Assembly (NCBI GenBank): GCA_008690995.1 | Contig: VRMN01000008.1 | Span: 248,001-312,000, forward strand | Length of the DNA: 64,000 nucleotides | Direction: 5' to 3' | Source of the DNA: Porphyridium purpureum | Lineage: Eukaryota | Shown: piece after piece, positions 61,566-64,000 of the stretch | Numbering within the stretch: position 1 is the first letter of the stretch | Layout of the letters: each line of letters begins with the position of its first letter | The notes under the pieces: model-generated | What the model saw: only the letters and a program-made list of their open reading frames with translations | Told to the model about the DNA's origin: nothing | Database searches by the model: none | Position numbers and translations under genes: made by a program

Positions 61566-62222
61566 ATGATCGGGAAGGTCCTGTTTGGGGCGGTGGTGGT
61601 TCTGGGGTTGTTGTGCAGTGTTGCAAAGGGAGAGGAAGTTGTGCTGGATGAAGACGTAGACGCTGGATCTGGGGTGATCGGCGCGTTTTTGATTGGCACG
61701 CGCTCGTTTACGCCGGGTGTGGTCGTGCAGGAAGGGAATGTGACGGTGGAGTATGTGGTGACGAACGTGGGAGACCACGCCGCGTTGGATGTGGAGCTCG
61801 TCGATATGACGTTTCAGTCGAGCGCGTTTGAGGTCGTAGACGGCGGCGCGATCGCTCTGACGGCCGACGAGGTCAAGCCGGGGGAGACAATCCGCAAGAA
61901 CGTCACGCTCCTTGTGTCAGTGCCTGGAGAATACGGCGACAACGCCAAGGACTCTCTCTACAAGCCCAAGTCTGCGGCTGTGTCATACATTTCAGAGCAC
62001 AACCTTGAGAACAAGCTCGTGCTGCGTCTCGCTTCCACCTCCACTCTGGTCGTTGAGGACGTCGACGCATACCGCCGAAGAACAGACCTGCACATTATTG
62101 AGTGGACTGTATTTCTGCTCGTCGGCGCACTGCTTGCGGCCTTGCCGCTATCGCTCTCGATCGCCGAGCAGAACAAGCTGATTGCCTCGCAGATCAAACC
62201 CAAGACCAAGAAGATCAGATAG
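61566..62222 (+). CDS. SSR2: Translocon-associated protein subunit beta (TRAP-beta)
   Basis: Signal peptide, V.Y...NVG..AALDVEL.D..F...FEVV.G, A.VSY, Y.RR...H..EW..F TM segment, basic tail. Confidence 0.85.
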   Translation: MIGKVLFGAVVVLGLLCSVAKGEEVVLDEDVDAGSGVIGAFLIGTRSFTPGVVVQEGNVTVEYVVTNVGDHAALDVELVDMTFQSSAFEVVDGGAIALTADEVKPGETIRKNVTLLVSVPGEYGDNAKDSLYKPKSAAVSYISEHNLENKLVLRLASTSTLVVEDVDAYRRRTDLHIIEWTVFLLVGALLAALPLSLSIAEQNKLIASQIKPKTKKIR

Positions 62223-62492
62223 ACTCTTCTGCGACACGGAGCAAGAGGGTGCGTCGTGTCATGGATATTTAGACAAGACTAGACAAGACCAGACAAAGCC
62301 AGGGCGAGTTGTCAGAGCCCCTCCCCCCGAGTCCCCCCCAGACGTTTCAGCACTCGGGTAAAGTAAAGAAATAACGTGTGGGCCCAACAATAAGCAAACG
62401 GCGTTACTTGATTAGGAGAACGGCTCGTCATTTAAGAAGCGTGTTTCGCCTTGACAGCACATGCGTCCTCGCATAGCGGAGCGCTGGGCGTA

Positions 62493-63845
62493 ATGGAAGG
62501 GCCGCGCACGGCGGCGTCAGCAGCAGCGACGCCGACGGCGGCGAAGAGCAGCAACGCTGAACATTCGTGTGAACCTTCGTCGACACGTCCTCGTCTCCAA
62601 GATTCGTTATGGATTCTAAGCCAAGCAGGCGCGATGGAATTGCCCGAGATGAACGCGGCTCGGCAGGGTGACGCCGACACGGACAAACAAGGCGGCGGCT
62701 CGGCTCACTGGTCTGCACGGAAGGCGGAACCGCTCAACGGCCACAAGGGCCACGAAAAACTGGCGCCTGCTGCGCAGAGAAAGCAGGATGCGCCACTGTT
62801 TAATGCGGCAGGTTATCGCATCTGCGGCGTCAGGAATAACCGCGGCGGCCGCTGCGGTCGCCTGGGCAAGTGCCCGTTTCACCACGGCAAGGCAGCTCTC
62901 TCGGGTGTTTCTGACGACATCTCCGAGCATGATTCAGCGGGCCATGTACCGGCAAAGACCAGACACTCCGCAACGAGCGCCGTTCAAATGGACGATGACA
63001 ACAAAACTGTCAGGGCTTCGTCGTTGCACGTCAATGGCGATGGCGCAGATGTGGCACGTCAAATTCTCGAATCTACATCCGTACCTGCCCCGGCGCTGGC
63101 GTCGTCTTCGACAACAGATCCTGCGAAAGCTTCCAAACCGGTCAGTGCATTGGGGCGGTTTAAGCATGCGTGGACACGAGAGGAGCACGAGCGCTTCTTG
63201 TTGGCATTGCAAAAGTTTGGCCGGGGGAAGTGGAAAAAAATTAGCGCCATTGTGGAGACGCGCAACGCCTACCAGTGCCAAAGCCACGCACAAAAGTATT
63301 TTAATCGGCAGAGCAAGGCACCGTCCGAGCGCAAAAAGCGAAGCATACATGATTTGAACTGGCACAGTATTCAGCGCGGCCAGTTCCAGCCCTTGTCGAC
63401 CAATGACGACGCTGCGACGAAAGAGGCGACTGCGCAGCCTGCGGAAGGGACACCGCCAGGTCCTATGAGGCTACAGCAGCTAATGCCAAACGCCAAAGAG
63501 CTAACAAACGACGCCCGGAATGTCCTCAGCCACGCGGCGGAGCAGCGTGCAATCCGCGTGGTCGTGACTGTGCATCGCAATGGAAATGGTCATGATGGTA
63601 TTCATGTTGAGCTTCCGCTAGGCCACGAAAACAGCAGCGACGAGTGCTATCAAAGCGACACCATGAAGGAATTTCTGACGCTGTGCGCGGAAAAGCTGGG
63701 ATCTGCAGGCTTTGAGTCCATGTATACGATGGCGGGGATCCGTATTAGCTCGTTGGACGAGCTGTGCGAGGACGAGGAACTGTTCCTATGCGAAAAGGAA
63801 GAGGAATTTATCGATCCCTGCTCGCTCATGGACGAAGAGGACTAG
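62493..63845 (+). CDS. SHAQKYF-class single-MYB transcription factor with extra domains
   Basis: WTREEHERFLLALQKFGRGKWKKIS..V.TR...QCQSHAQKYF..Q...RKKRSIHD. ATG at 62493. Confidence 0.93.
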   Translation: MEGPRTAASAAATPTAAKSSNAEHSCEPSSTRPRLQDSLWILSQAGAMELPEMNAARQGDADTDKQGGGSAHWSARKAEPLNGHKGHEKLAPAAQRKQDAPLFNAAGYRICGVRNNRGGRCGRLGKCPFHHGKAALSGVSDDISEHDSAGHVPAKTRHSATSAVQMDDDNKTVRASSLHVNGDGADVARQILESTSVPAPALASSSTTDPAKASKPVSALGRFKHAWTREEHERFLLALQKFGRGKWKKISAIVETRNAYQCQSHAQKYFNRQSKAPSERKKRSIHDLNWHSIQRGQFQPLSTNDDAATKEATAQPAEGTPPGPMRLQQLMPNAKELTNDARNVLSHAAEQRAIRVVVTVHRNGNGHDGIHVELPLGHENSSDECYQSDTMKEFLTLCAEKLGSAGFESMYTMAGIRISSLDELCEDEELFLCEKEEEFIDPCSLMDEED

Positions 63846-64000
63846 GAAAGGTCTCGCTCGTAATTTATTGTTGCATAGTGTGTACATTAAACGCATCACT
63901 TGCGTTCCCAAATTTGCCTGTCGGCAGAATGAACAAAGACTCACCCGTGCGTCGCAATCTCATCCTTATGTAGAAAAGACTAGAGCTCGTCCTTATCTTC

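Overview
Gene-dense, GC-rich, almost intron-free eukaryotic nuclear DNA. The compact layout, plastid- and mitochondrion-type presequences and gene content suggest a unicellular red alga, Porphyridium-like (inference). About 36 protein-coding genes lie on both strands, often with under 300 bp between them. Only one clear GT-AG intron was found (hemE). Recognisable housekeeping genes are hemE, EB1, SelO, TrpRS, MINDY, SAP30, NUP43, UTP5, a COG0523/CobW GTPase, TAF10, UTP7, SerA, ARL2, ELF1 and TRAP-beta. Also present are a patatin, two MYB factors, a C2H2 factor, a P450, a phytol/dolichol-type kinase and a CSAD/GADL1-type decarboxylase. No rRNA, tRNA, CRISPR array or intact mobile element was recognised. 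The most unusual items are: (i) an IMPase/BPNT phosphatase fused to an EcKinase/APH-type kinase, beside a divergent methyltransferase and SDR; (ii) a degenerate TilS-like pseudoenzyme in tandem with an OPR/RAP-like helical-repeat protein; (iii) a SHAQKYF MYB with a CCCH-like knuckle and a DCX/KHA-like C-terminal domain; (iv) a secreted fungal-like beta-rich protein with a PSET linker; (v) recurring intergenic motifs (phased TGTACA, AACCG/AACGG, telo-boxes). All family calls come from motif recognition by eye, not from database searches.
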